Under the pieces are notes generated by a model, which made no database searches, was not told the origin of the DNA, and saw nothing but the letters and a program-made list of their open reading frames with translations. 64,000 nucleotides of DNA, taken from positions 186,001 to 250,000 of IMG/VR virus record IMGVR_UViG_3300026484_000007; one strand, written 5' to 3'. Of this stretch, positions 30,045 to 39,294 are shown in pieces. Within the stretch, counting starts at the first letter, position 1, and each line of letters begins with the position of its first letter. The position numbers and the translations under genes were made by a program.

Positions 30045-30329
30045 ATGGCAACTGCTTTTCATAAAGATTACAATGCAGAATACGTAATCGGTGATGACGT
30101 TGTAAATTCTGAAGAAGTAAAAAATACTCAGCCAACTGTATTATCTAAAATTATAGATGGAAAACCAGCTGATGTTAATACCGAAACTAAAGATATGCTA
30201 ACCGAAGAAACTGTATGGTTTAGAAATGACAGAATCAGACAAACTCTTCAAGATCAATACACTGAAGTTTCTAGACAAACTTTTGAAATTGATCAATTTG
30301 AAACTACTGATTTACCAGGAAATCCATAA
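30045..30329 (+). CDS. small acidic hypothetical protein
   Basis: TAAGGAG RBS, 94 aa, followed by terminator. Confidence 0.8.
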   Translation: MATAFHKDYNAEYVIGDDVVNSEEVKNTQPTVLSKIIDGKPADVNTETKDMLTEETVWFRNDRIRQTLQDQYTEVSRQTFEIDQFETTDLPGNP

Positions 30330-30380
30330 GCAAATATTGCGATGCATGGCGCTAATGGATAACTCGTATATATATCTCAT

Positions 30381-30434
30381 AAAACTCCGGAGTTCTAAAA
30401 TAGAGCTCTGGAGTTTTTTTGTCGTTAGAAAAAA
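30381..30434 (+). terminator. terminator with conserved tail, overlapping a GTTCTAAAA box
   Basis: AAAACTCCGGAGTTCT-AAAAT-AGAGCTCTGGAGTTTT + TTTGTCGTTAGAAAAAA. Confidence 0.8.
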
Positions 30435-30476
30435 TTAGAAAAAATTAGAAAAAATAAAAAAATTTGCAAATAAAAT

Positions 30477-30551
30477 CTATGGGGAGCAATGCTCCCCATA
30501 GGGGGACTTTGTCCCCCTTGGAGGAGTGGGGAATTTTCATCTCCACTCCTC
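30477..30551. repeat. GC-rich triple-hairpin cassette, copy 3 (part of ~185-bp direct repeat 29564-29748 / 30414-30598)
   Basis: near-identical to copy 1 including flanks. Confidence 0.85.
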
Positions 30552-30558
30552 TCTTTCT

Positions 30559-30597
30559 GCTATTTATATATCTAATAAAACTAAAGTAGTTCTAAAA
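30559..30597 (-). promoter_or_regulatory. candidate phage promoter
   Basis: minus strand TTTTAGAACTACTTTAGTTTTATTAGATATATAAATAGC. Confidence 0.55.
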
Positions 30598-30644
30598 ATA
30601 ATTAAAAATTAATGCGAAAAAAAGAGACAGAAGCGTCAGTAGGC

Positions 30645-31265
30645 TTAAGCCTCCGATTGATGCTTTTTAAGCAATTTATCGAAGGCTTTCAGATACCTAC
30701 TAATCTTGACAATATACACAATTGTCGCCCCTGAAATTATCCCGAATAGGAGTATAACTCCATTGTCGGGCAACTTCAGGTATGAATAGCCCATTAATAA
30801 TAGGGCCACAACCAATTGCACTCTCGAGCGCGCTTTATTCACGTCACTCGAAAACGTCTCCGCCTCTTCTGAATTCAGCAAGACGTTCGTCAAAACTGAA
30901 TTCATGTTCGCCTGAACGGCGAACAACAATACATACAGCGGAAAGATCAATACGACGATCTTTGCCGCTAATACTCTATCTATCTCCGGATGGAGATAGA
31001 ATAGGTACACTAGAATGCAGAAATACGCTACATCTAGTGTGCTTAATAACACGAAGCTCGCAAAGTAGCTAATTTTGTGTGTTAGCCACTTATTGAACTC
31101 CATCATTGTAGCGCTCATTAGACTAATGAACGCGATAAACCCAACCGAGAACTCACCATAAAGGTGAGACTCAAATGGTTGAATTATTTGGAAAGCTAAG
31201 CTTCCCAGAATAACTATCTTTATTCTTAATGTTAAGAATAAAGACTTCAATACTTCCATCTTCAT
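30645..31265 (-). CDS. multi-pass membrane protein, GC-richer than neighbours
   Basis: AAAGGAG RBS, 5-6 hydrophobic helices. Confidence 0.8.
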   Translation of the reverse strand: MKMEVLKSLFLTLRIKIVILGSLAFQIIQPFESHLYGEFSVGFIAFISLMSATMMEFNKWLTHKISYFASFVLLSTLDVAYFCILVYLFYLHPEIDRVLAAKIVVLIFPLYVLLFAVQANMNSVLTNVLLNSEEAETFSSDVNKARSRVQLVVALLLMGYSYLKLPDNGVILLFGIISGATIVYIVKISRYLKAFDKLLKKHQSEA

Positions 31266-31286
31266 CTTTTCTCCTTTGATTTTTTT

Positions 31287-31326
31287 GCTATTTTAGATAT
31301 CTCATAAGCCTTTACCAGTTCTAAAA
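31287..31326 (-). promoter_or_regulatory. candidate phage promoter directly upstream of RBS of 30645..31265
   Basis: minus strand TTTTAGAACTGGTAAAGGCTTATGAGATATCTAAAATAGC. Confidence 0.6.
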
Positions 31327-31426
31327 AAAACTTCGATTTTCTTAACAAAGATTTTCTTAACAAACGAAGAAAATTCATAAGAATAAAATACAAATAAATA
31401 CAAAAATATTTAATTAAGGAGTATTA

Positions 31427-32875
31427 ATGGGTTTTGATTTACTCGATATAAATAAATTTATTAAAGAAAAGGATGCTAAAGAAGTAACATCCGAAAAAAC
31501 ATTTTTATTTACAAAAGGCGATTTTATTCCAGATCCAAATGGTTTATATAGTCCACAGATCTTCGAAGGAACTGGTATTAAAGGACAACGGGATAAATAC
31601 GGATACATATCTTTAAAAAATACAATTATGCATCCATTAATTTATAAGAATCTAAAAAAGATTGCTACAATTTTTTATTATGTAGCAACTTCTGAAAAAC
31701 ACGTTGAAATTATTGATGGTGAACTTATAGAAACACCACCAGAAAACGGTGGTAAAACTGGATTAGACTTTCTAATAAATAATTGGAAAAAAATTAATTT
31801 AGATAAATACAAGAAAGAAACGAATGAATTCTTTATTGAGTTTCTAAAGAAAGTTCAAGAAAAATTAATTTTTATTAATAAACTTCCAGTTATTCCAGTA
31901 CTTTATCGACCTTATACTTTTGAACACGGACGAGTAATTGAAGATGAAATTACTGAAAAGTATAAAAAAATTTTATTAGAATACAAAAAAACTATGGGAG
32001 GTCTTTCCGGTCAGCCTTTGAATTCGTTGAATTCTAAAAATTTAACTGCGTCTGAAGATGCAGTTAGTTTAACTGGAAGAAGATCTACTATATCTAACAT
32101 TGATAACCCATTAGGTATTTCTGATGATAATGGATTAGAATTATTAAATTCATTTATTCAGAATAATGTAAATTCTTCAGAAAAAGTTCAAAAATACGTT
32201 CAGGATCTATATGATTATTTTATTTCTAAATTAGAGAAAAAAGAAGGTTTCTTTAGAAGTAATTTAGTAGGTAAAAGATTAGATAATGTATCAAGATTAG
32301 TTGCTAATGCTCGTCCAGATATACCAGTAGATTGCGTAGGTATTCCTTGGCATGTATTAATTAATATTTTTGATTATTACGTATTAGCTGAGTTAGAGCA
32401 TAATAAAGATGTCGCTGAAAAACTTGGTCTTGCTGACATTAGTACAGTAGACTTTGGAAAACACATCTATTATATCTATAAAAACTGTGATATTTATTGC
32501 AAGTCGTTTCCTGAAAGACAACAGATATGGATAGAATTACTTACAGAAATCTTTGATAAACATGATTATCTTAGAGTAGTATTTAAACGGGATCCAGGTT
32601 GGTCAGCGAATTCATTCTGGTCAGTAAAACCATTAATCTTAAAAGGATGTTCGTATTACATTGTTGTAAATTCATTTTATTACAAACCACTTGGTGGAGA
32701 TAGTTTTAATACTAATATTCTAATTAAAGAATCTACTCAAAAATCTATTACTAAAGATTTAATTTTATCAAAGGATCCAAAAAAGATCCAAAAAAGATAT
32801 ACGTTAGAATTTCCAGTAGCTAATGAAGCAAAAACATTAAAAAATTATTACGAAAAAAATAAAAAGGAGAAATAA
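31427..32875 (+). CDS. RNA polymerase beta' N-terminal fragment ending in GGD, fused to 57-aa split-intein N-fragment
   Basis: GLYSPQIF, LPVIPVLYRP, KEGFFRSNLVGKRLD, KRDP; KPLGGD|SFNTNILI at 32701/32702. Confidence 0.9.
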   Translation: MGFDLLDINKFIKEKDAKEVTSEKTFLFTKGDFIPDPNGLYSPQIFEGTGIKGQRDKYGYISLKNTIMHPLIYKNLKKIATIFYYVATSEKHVEIIDGELIETPPENGGKTGLDFLINNWKKINLDKYKKETNEFFIEFLKKVQEKLIFINKLPVIPVLYRPYTFEHGRVIEDEITEKYKKILLEYKKTMGGLSGQPLNSLNSKNLTASEDAVSLTGRRSTISNIDNPLGISDDNGLELLNSFIQNNVNSSEKVQKYVQDLYDYFISKLEKKEGFFRSNLVGKRLDNVSRLVANARPDIPVDCVGIPWHVLINIFDYYVLAELEHNKDVAEKLGLADISTVDFGKHIYYIYKNCDIYCKSFPERQQIWIELLTEIFDKHDYLRVVFKRDPGWSANSFWSVKPLILKGCSYYIVVNSFYYKPLGGDSFNTNILIKESTQKSITKDLILSKDPKKIQKRYTLEFPVANEAKTLKNYYEKNKKEK

Positions 32876-33576
32876 TGGCTAGAGCACCTAAAACAACAAG
32901 ACGAAAAAGAAAAAATCAAGAAGAATTACAAACAGCACAAAATACTCAAGATGTACAAACAACGTTAAACGAAGAAGGATCTTTAAAAGATCCAAACAAG
33001 TTAACTGATTTAACGGAACCGACAGATTTAAAAGATCAATCTAATTTAACTGATTTAACTGAGCCAACAGTTGAAATCGATAATGAATCTAAAAATGAAT
33101 CTTTAAAAGATCTAACTGAGCCTACTATATCTACTGGCGAAACAACTGAGCCAACAGTTGAAAATGTATCTCAAGAAGATCCAACTGCAGAAGAGCTTAA
33201 AGAAACTTCAGAAAAAGAAATTTTAGAAGAAGCTAAAGAAGAAGCTAAAGAAGATACCAAATCTGCAAAAAAACGTAATACTAAAAAGCGATCTAAAAAA
33301 GATTCTGAGGTTGAAGTCGCTCAATCCAATCAATCTAATCAGATCAATCAAGAATCTAAAAAAGATCGAAAAAAGATCTCTTTTTTAGATAAAGTAAAAA
33401 TGGCTGCAAGAAATGAATTATCGGAAACCGAAAAATTAAAACAAGAATTAATTAAAAAATCAGTTTCTGATGTTTTAACTCAAGAATATCAAAATACCGT
33501 TTATGTATCTAAAGCAGATCAAAATAAAATAAAAGATAAACATGTTACTTATAATATGTCAGATCTTGGATTTTAA
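32875..33576 (+). CDS. low-complexity acidic/basic hypothetical protein
   Basis: DLTEPT repeats; AAGGAG RBS. Confidence 0.75.
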   Translation: MARAPKTTRRKRKNQEELQTAQNTQDVQTTLNEEGSLKDPNKLTDLTEPTDLKDQSNLTDLTEPTVEIDNESKNESLKDLTEPTISTGETTEPTVENVSQEDPTAEELKETSEKEILEEAKEEAKEDTKSAKKRNTKKRSKKDSEVEVAQSNQSNQINQESKKDRKKISFLDKVKMAARNELSETEKLKQELIKKSVSDVLTQEYQNTVYVSKADQNKIKDKHVTYNMSDLGF

Positions 33577-33594
33577 TATTAAAAAGGAGAATGT

Positions 33595-34326
33595 ATGTAT
33601 TTAGCGTTAATGATCGAAGAATCATTTAATGAATTTCTTCAAAAAAATAATCTTCCTCAAACTACTTTAGAAGAAACCCACTATTTAAAAACCGGAAAAA
33701 ATCCTGGTTCTTTTAATTTAATTGAAGAAGGAGCTTTAGCTCGAGGAGCTGGGCTTGGGGCTCTTGTAGGTACTGCTGCGGTAGGAACTGCTCTTGGTAT
33801 GGATCATAGTCACATGCATGACATGCGCGACGCTTACGATTTCGCTCATAATGATGAAACTGGATTAGAAAATTCAAAAATAAATCAAGGGATTAAAGAT
33901 GCTTTAAAATCAGATAATGAAACTGAATTTAAAGACAATAATGGAGAAGCTCCAAAAGATAAACCAGATTTAATTGATTCTGCGGAAGAAAGAAAGAAAA
34001 TCGATGAATTCGTGAAAAACTGGAATGCGGAACATAAAGACCATCCATTGTCGACTAACGACATTATTAGTAAATACAATATGACTCAAAATAAAGAATT
34101 TACTCAACTTCAAAGCAGAATCGATAATGCAGATTTAAATAAATCTAAAGCATTCCAATCTAATTGGGATAGTCTAAAACAAGGCGTTGGTAATCTTTGG
34201 AGTGGTTCTAAAGAAGGGCTTAACGATAAAGCGCTTGGAGCATTAAAAGTTGGTGGAGCAGCAATTGGTGGTGGAGCAGCAATTGGTGCAACATTAGGTG
34301 GAATTCTTGGAAATAATAGAAGATAA
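33595..34326 (+). CDS. glycine-zipper protein (N- and C-terminal zippers)
   Basis: MIEE|S, LIEE|G then GAGLGALVG; GGAAIGGGAAIGATLGG. Confidence 0.8.
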   Translation: MYLALMIEESFNEFLQKNNLPQTTLEETHYLKTGKNPGSFNLIEEGALARGAGLGALVGTAAVGTALGMDHSHMHDMRDAYDFAHNDETGLENSKINQGIKDALKSDNETEFKDNNGEAPKDKPDLIDSAEERKKIDEFVKNWNAEHKDHPLSTNDIISKYNMTQNKEFTQLQSRIDNADLNKSKAFQSNWDSLKQGVGNLWSGSKEGLNDKALGALKVGGAAIGGGAAIGATLGGILGNNRR

Positions 34327-34375
34327 TAGAAGATAATATAAAATAAAAATAAAAATTTTATAAAAGGAAGCGAAT

Positions 34376-35728
34376 ATGGCTTATGTTTTTAAAAAAGACA
34401 AAAACGGTAAATTAAAATTGATTAAACCATCAACCTCGGCTACCTCAACGACCGACAAAAGTGATCTTTTAAAGATCACTAATTCTCATAATTCTCATAC
34501 TTCACTCAAAAGAACAATTGAGGAAAATTCATCTGCTATTTTAGAAGTTCCTATAGAAAAAGAAACCGAAAAATTTATCGAGACTCGAGACTGGGTAATT
34601 CCAAAAAAATTCATGATGCCAGATTGGGTAGAAAAAAATTTAAAAGACTTTAAAGATCAAGCAAGAGAAATTATCTCAAACGCAGACGAATCTTCTATAG
34701 ATTCAATTAATCCTAAAATTAAAAAATTAATTGAAGAATTAATTCTTGATAATAAAGTTAAACCTAAGTATCCTTTAAATAAAAAGACTCTTGGAAAATT
34801 ATCGAATGAAATGTGGAAAGTCTTCGGTGAAGATGAATTCATGTATCGATATTGGATACTACAAGAAGCTGGATTTTTTCTAAGTACTTTTAAACCATCT
34901 GGATTTGAACCTGAGGCTCTACAATTACCTGAAAAATTCGTTAAAAGAAAAGACGCATTATTAAAAGAATTTGAAAAACGAGTTAAAGAACACGGTAAAG
35001 ATAAAGCGGTAGCTTGGATTGATAAAGAATTTAATAATTTAACCAACGAGGTAATCGATTACTGGGAAGAAAAAGGTATTAACGTTGTAGATATGATTAG
35101 ATCAGGAGCAAGAGGTGGTCCAGCGGATATTAGAAAAATGCTTGTTGCTGTTGGGTTAAGTATTGATAGTTCAGGAAAACCAAACGACGTTATTATGACG
35201 TCACAAATCGAAGGTTTATCTCAAACTCAATTCTTTCATTATTCTTCACAAGCAATTATGGCATTATATGCAAAATCTTCAGAAACTGCTGTTCCAGGTT
35301 ATCTTGCAAGAAAATTAAGTACAGTTGCGGACGCGGTAAATCTTTCAGAAGTTGAAGATTGTAAAACGAAGAGATTTTTGGAAGTAACAGTTCTTGATTC
35401 AGATGTTCTTAATGCGTTAGATGGTAGAGTATTGCATACAGGTAAAGTTATTGATTCTGAAAAAGATACTAATTTAATTGGTAAAAAAATTAAAATTAGA
35501 TCGCCTTTATATTGTAAGGCAACTGATGGTATATGCGCTACATGTTATAATAAAAAAATTATTCAGAAAATGAATTGGCAGCCTGGAGAAAAAATTGGGT
35601 TGCATGCAGCTACAACTCTTGGAGATCAAGCATTAGTAAACTTAACACTTAAAAAATCTCATGTTGGTCTTTCATTAAATATGGAAACCGTAGATTTAGA
35701 AAAAGATATTTTTCAATTCGCAGAGTGA
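34376..35728 (+). CDS. RNA polymerase beta' middle fragment (funnel, bridge helix, trigger loop)
   Basis: MIRSGARG, TAVPGYLARKL, RSPLYC...GICATCY, GEKIGLHAATTLG...LTLKKSHVG. Confidence 0.92.
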   Translation: MAYVFKKDKNGKLKLIKPSTSATSTTDKSDLLKITNSHNSHTSLKRTIEENSSAILEVPIEKETEKFIETRDWVIPKKFMMPDWVEKNLKDFKDQAREIISNADESSIDSINPKIKKLIEELILDNKVKPKYPLNKKTLGKLSNEMWKVFGEDEFMYRYWILQEAGFFLSTFKPSGFEPEALQLPEKFVKRKDALLKEFEKRVKEHGKDKAVAWIDKEFNNLTNEVIDYWEEKGINVVDMIRSGARGGPADIRKMLVAVGLSIDSSGKPNDVIMTSQIEGLSQTQFFHYSSQAIMALYAKSSETAVPGYLARKLSTVADAVNLSEVEDCKTKRFLEVTVLDSDVLNALDGRVLHTGKVIDSEKDTNLIGKKIKIRSPLYCKATDGICATCYNKKIIQKMNWQPGEKIGLHAATTLGDQALVNLTLKKSHVGLSLNMETVDLEKDIFQFAE

Positions 35729-35779
35729 TCTTTTTTAGATCACTCTCTAGCTTTTTTTGTCATTAGATAATTTTTCCTG

Positions 35780-35918
35780 AAAACTCGTGATCTTAAAACG
35801 TTGAGCTTCATTAGATATCTAAAGATATATACGAGTTCTAAAATTTATAAAACCGTTTTAGAACTCGTATATATCCTTAGCATCGAAAAAAGATGCTACT
35901 TGAAAAATCAAAGTTTTT
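35780..35918. repeat. ~130-bp intergenic repeat, reverse orientation
   Basis: GTTCTAAAA...TTTTAGAAC core; follows terminator 35722-35770. Confidence 0.9.
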
Positions 35919-35974
35919 CTTTTTCATTTTTTAAAAAATTGAATTTTTTAAACGAAGCCAAAAAAGGATTTTTT

Positions 35975-37066
35975 ATGAGCGCGGCAAGCACAACGAGAGT
36001 GATAAATTTAAACAGATCAATCTTTTATCTTAATCAATCTTGTGTAAAAGAAATTCATGAATCTTCAATGTTAATTGAAGAAATTTCAAGTAAAGAAATA
36101 ATTTCAAAAATAAGATCATTTATGCCTAATTTAGATAATAAAATTGCTAAGCAATTTAATAATATATATAGAATTTTATCTAATGCGTTAGCATCTAAAA
36201 AAGATCTTGAAAGAATAAAAAAGATCAATGATGAGCAAATGAAAGCCATCGAAAAATATTTAAAAAAGAATGGTATAAATACTAAAAAATTAAAAGATAG
36301 ACTTAAAGAGAAAAAACAATTAACTCCAACCGATTTAGATTTAATCATCGAGATGGGATTAATTGAATTAAAACACACAACTGCGAAAGATTTTATTGAA
36401 GTCGTAGCTTTCGTTTTAGTAGCTTTTATTTTAAATACTTTTATTATTTATTCTATACTTGATCTTATATTTTTCATCAATCCATTGGCTAATTATAGTC
36501 AAGCTATGATGGTAGCTGTTTCAATTGGAGCAGTACTTTCAGCACCATTCGTTGAAGAAGCTGGTAAACGAGTAAGTATTGAAAGAAAAAAAGGTTTACT
36601 GTATATTATAGGTTTTAATATTGCTGAATATACTTCTTATGTTTCTGCAGCTGCAGGAGCAGGTCTTGGATACATGATAATTATGATGATTGTTCGATTG
36701 TTACCGGTTGCAATGCATTTCTCAAATTATAGTATTCATCAAAAAGGTGATATTGATCAAAAAATAGCAGATAAGTATAAAATTTCTACTGAAAGAGATT
36801 TCAGACAAGACGCTCAACGAATAGCAATGACAATACATAGATTTTGGAATATTGGATTAATATTTTTAGCTCCACTTGCAGGTTGGGCAAATTCTTATTT
36901 TAGCAATAAATTTCCTGTGAAAAAAATTGAAGAAAAAATTGAACCAAGATCATATTTAAACGAAATTCAAAAATTCTTTAAAGAAAAATCTAAAACTTTA
37001 AAATACATTAATGCTAAAAAAGTAATCGAAAAAAATATCAAAAAAAATATCAAAAAGGATAAATAA
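35975..37066 (+). CDS. PrsW-like intramembrane glutamic/metallo-protease
   Basis: APFVEEAGK, GFNIAE, AMH, IHRFWN in TM helices; RBS supports ATG 35975; IHE|S and LIEE candidate leader sites. Confidence 0.7.
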   Translation: MSAASTTRVINLNRSIFYLNQSCVKEIHESSMLIEEISSKEIISKIRSFMPNLDNKIAKQFNNIYRILSNALASKKDLERIKKINDEQMKAIEKYLKKNGINTKKLKDRLKEKKQLTPTDLDLIIEMGLIELKHTTAKDFIEVVAFVLVAFILNTFIIYSILDLIFFINPLANYSQAMMVAVSIGAVLSAPFVEEAGKRVSIERKKGLLYIIGFNIAEYTSYVSAAAGAGLGYMIIMMIVRLLPVAMHFSNYSIHQKGDIDQKIADKYKISTERDFRQDAQRIAMTIHRFWNIGLIFLAPLAGWANSYFSNKFPVKKIEEKIEPRSYLNEIQKFFKEKSKTLKYINAKKVIEKNIKKNIKKDK

Positions 37067-37338
37067 TGGCTTTAAAAACTTCATATATTGAATTAAATAA
37101 AGATTATCAAATAATTTTAGATAACTCTGGGCAAAATTCCTCAGCAGATAATTTTATTCAAGTTAATCATGGAACAGCAGAATTGTTCTTTGATACCGAT
37201 ACTCCAAGTTCATCTTCGATTGGATTAAGATGGTCCGCTGGAGCTCGAATTTTATTCGTGCCTCAAGGATCAAAATTATATGGAAGACTTTGGAAAAATT
37301 CCGATAGCTGTAGCGTAATCGTGAACAAAGACTCTTAA
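37066..37338 (+). CDS. hypothetical protein
   Basis: 90 aa, AAGGA RBS. Confidence 0.7.
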   Translation: MALKTSYIELNKDYQIILDNSGQNSSADNFIQVNHGTAELFFDTDTPSSSSIGLRWSAGARILFVPQGSKLYGRLWKNSDSCSVIVNKDS

Positions 37339-37348
37339 AGGATAAAAT

Positions 37349-37756
37349 ATGGCTAATAAAAATTATACAGTTGGCCTTGATAAAAAATATTTAGATCTAG
37401 TTGACGCAGATCTAACTCCAGAAAATCAAAGATTTTTAAATGATTACGTTGCTAAAAAATTAAGAATGATAGATAACACTATCATCGCAAATCATCTTAA
37501 AAAAATGGATCAAGAAGCTTCTCATTATAAAAATCTTGATAACTTTGAAAAACAAGAGATAATTAATTCCGAAAGATGGAAAAATCCATTGATCGGTGCA
37601 ACTATTGGAGGAGCTCTTGGTTTTGGACTTACTGATGTAATCAGTGGAAATCCTACGACCGATGGAATATTTGGCGCTCTTGGGTTAGGAGTTGGAGCTT
37701 ATCAAGGTAAGAAATATACTGATTTTAAATTAAAAAGGCAAGGATTGATAAAATGA
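37349..37756 (+). CDS. glycine-zipper protein
   Basis: GATIGGALGFG and GIFGALGLGVG. Confidence 0.75.
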   Translation: MANKNYTVGLDKKYLDLVDADLTPENQRFLNDYVAKKLRMIDNTIIANHLKKMDQEASHYKNLDNFEKQEIINSERWKNPLIGATIGGALGFGLTDVISGNPTTDGIFGALGLGVGAYQGKKYTDFKLKRQGLIK

Positions 37757-38496
37757 AACGAAGAAATTATTTTAATTATTTAAAAGGATCTGCAAAAGAT
37801 CTTTTAGAAGAAAATGATCGTTATCGAGCGTTCTATCCCACTTCCACTGCCGCTGCCGCTCCACAAAGATCAATTTGGTCGGATATGAAAAACGGCGCAA
37901 AAAATCTTGGGAATAGCATAGTAAATTCTGCTAGTAAATTTGGATCTAAAATAACTAATGACCCAAAAATTGCTGCAGCTACAGGAGCAGCGATAGGTGG
38001 AGCTCTTCATCTTTACGATGTTCATGATGCAAAATCTGATTTATCTGATCTTATGGGCAAAAATTTTGATGCAGAAAAAATTAATAAAGATACATTCAAT
38101 AGCAATTATGAGCAATACAAAGATCTTTATAATAAAGAAGGTATTAATAAATTTGATGCGAATAACGATGGATACTTAGATAAAAACGAACTTCATAAAC
38201 TTTATAATACATATAAAAATGATACAAGTTGGTTCCCGTGGTGGAATGATGCAGATGATAAAATCAGTGCGGCTAAAGAATATTATGATTATATTCAAAA
38301 AACTCCAGCAATGGATTTTAATAAAGATGGAATTGTAGATTCTAATGACACTAAAGCAATGAAAGATGTTGATCGTGTCGTTAATAGTAGTTTACCTGCG
38401 AACTTAATGGGTGGTGCTGCAATTGGAGGAGCTCTTGGATATGGAACTAATAAACTTAATTCAAAACTTAATTCAAAATTTGGAGGACATTCATGA
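37753..38496 (+). CDS. glycine-zipper protein with EF-hand loops
   Basis: LLEE|N; GAAIGGA; DANNDGYLDKNE, DFNKDGIVDSND; GGAAIGGALGYG. Confidence 0.8.
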   Translation: MKRRNYFNYLKGSAKDLLEENDRYRAFYPTSTAAAAPQRSIWSDMKNGAKNLGNSIVNSASKFGSKITNDPKIAAATGAAIGGALHLYDVHDAKSDLSDLMGKNFDAEKINKDTFNSNYEQYKDLYNKEGINKFDANNDGYLDKNELHKLYNTYKNDTSWFPWWNDADDKISAAKEYYDYIQKTPAMDFNKDGIVDSNDTKAMKDVDRVVNSSLPANLMGGAAIGGALGYGTNKLNSKLNSKFGGHS

Positions 38497-39260
38497 AAAA
38501 TATAAAAAAGACAAGAACGCTTAATTATTTAAATGAGGCATCTAATAGAGATCTTTCAATTGCTTTAACTGGATTAGGTTTTGGAATTGGTGGAGCCGCT
38601 CTTGGCGACTCAATATATGATGCTCACTTAGATCATTATAATTCCGAATTCCAAAAACAATTTTCCGATATTAATGCCACCAAAGATCAATTATTGAATG
38701 AAAAATTTGGTGATCCTGAAAATAATAAAGAAGCTCTTCAATCATATCAAGATCAATACAATAAAATAAAATTTGCTGATTTTAATAAAGATGGTTTCGT
38801 TGATGAACGAGAATACAACAAAGCACTTGAAAATTATAAAAATTATATTAACAGCGGAGGTAATAATCCATTCTCTGATAATTATAAAAATTTAGATTAT
38901 AAACCAGATACAGTAAAACAATTAAATACTTATAAAAATTTATTACATGATAAAGATTTTGTATCTAAATTCGATGTAAATCAAGATGGAACATTTAACG
39001 CAAGAGAATTACAGTTATTGAAAAAACTTCCAGAGTATCAAGACAGAATGAATTCTTTTGAATATCAACCATATTTATATGGAACTGCTGGAGCAATAGC
39101 GGGAATGAAATTAATGGATGCTGCGACTAGAGGCGAAAGTTCTGATAAAGATCGAATAAATTTTCCAAGTAATAGATTTGCTCCGTTTGGTGCTCCAAAA
39201 AGACCAAACGAATCTCAAGAAATCGTAGATAAAGTTCCACTACCACCGATAGTAAAATAA
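38493..39260 (+). CDS. glycine-zipper protein with EF-hand loops
   Basis: YLNE|A; GLGFGIGGAALG; DFNKDGFVDERE, DVNQDGTFNARE; GTAGAIAG. Confidence 0.8.
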   Translation: MKNIKKTRTLNYLNEASNRDLSIALTGLGFGIGGAALGDSIYDAHLDHYNSEFQKQFSDINATKDQLLNEKFGDPENNKEALQSYQDQYNKIKFADFNKDGFVDEREYNKALENYKNYINSGGNNPFSDNYKNLDYKPDTVKQLNTYKNLLHDKDFVSKFDVNQDGTFNARELQLLKKLPEYQDRMNSFEYQPYLYGTAGAIAGMKLMDAATRGESSDKDRINFPSNRFAPFGAPKRPNESQEIVDKVPLPPIVK

Positions 39261-39294
39261 AAAATTATATAAAATTTAAATCAAAGGAAAATCG

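Noticed and set aside
34470-34505. HN|S in ITNSHNSH as a second intein C-terminus in the beta' middle fragment
   Set aside because: Arises from a 9-bp duplication (AATTCTCAT x2); no block F upstream and no IntN on the preceding beta' piece, which ends LYNFTK.
35801-35974. N-terminal extension of ORF 35801..37066
   Set aside because: TTG start lies inside the 130-bp repeat; RBS supports ATG 35975.
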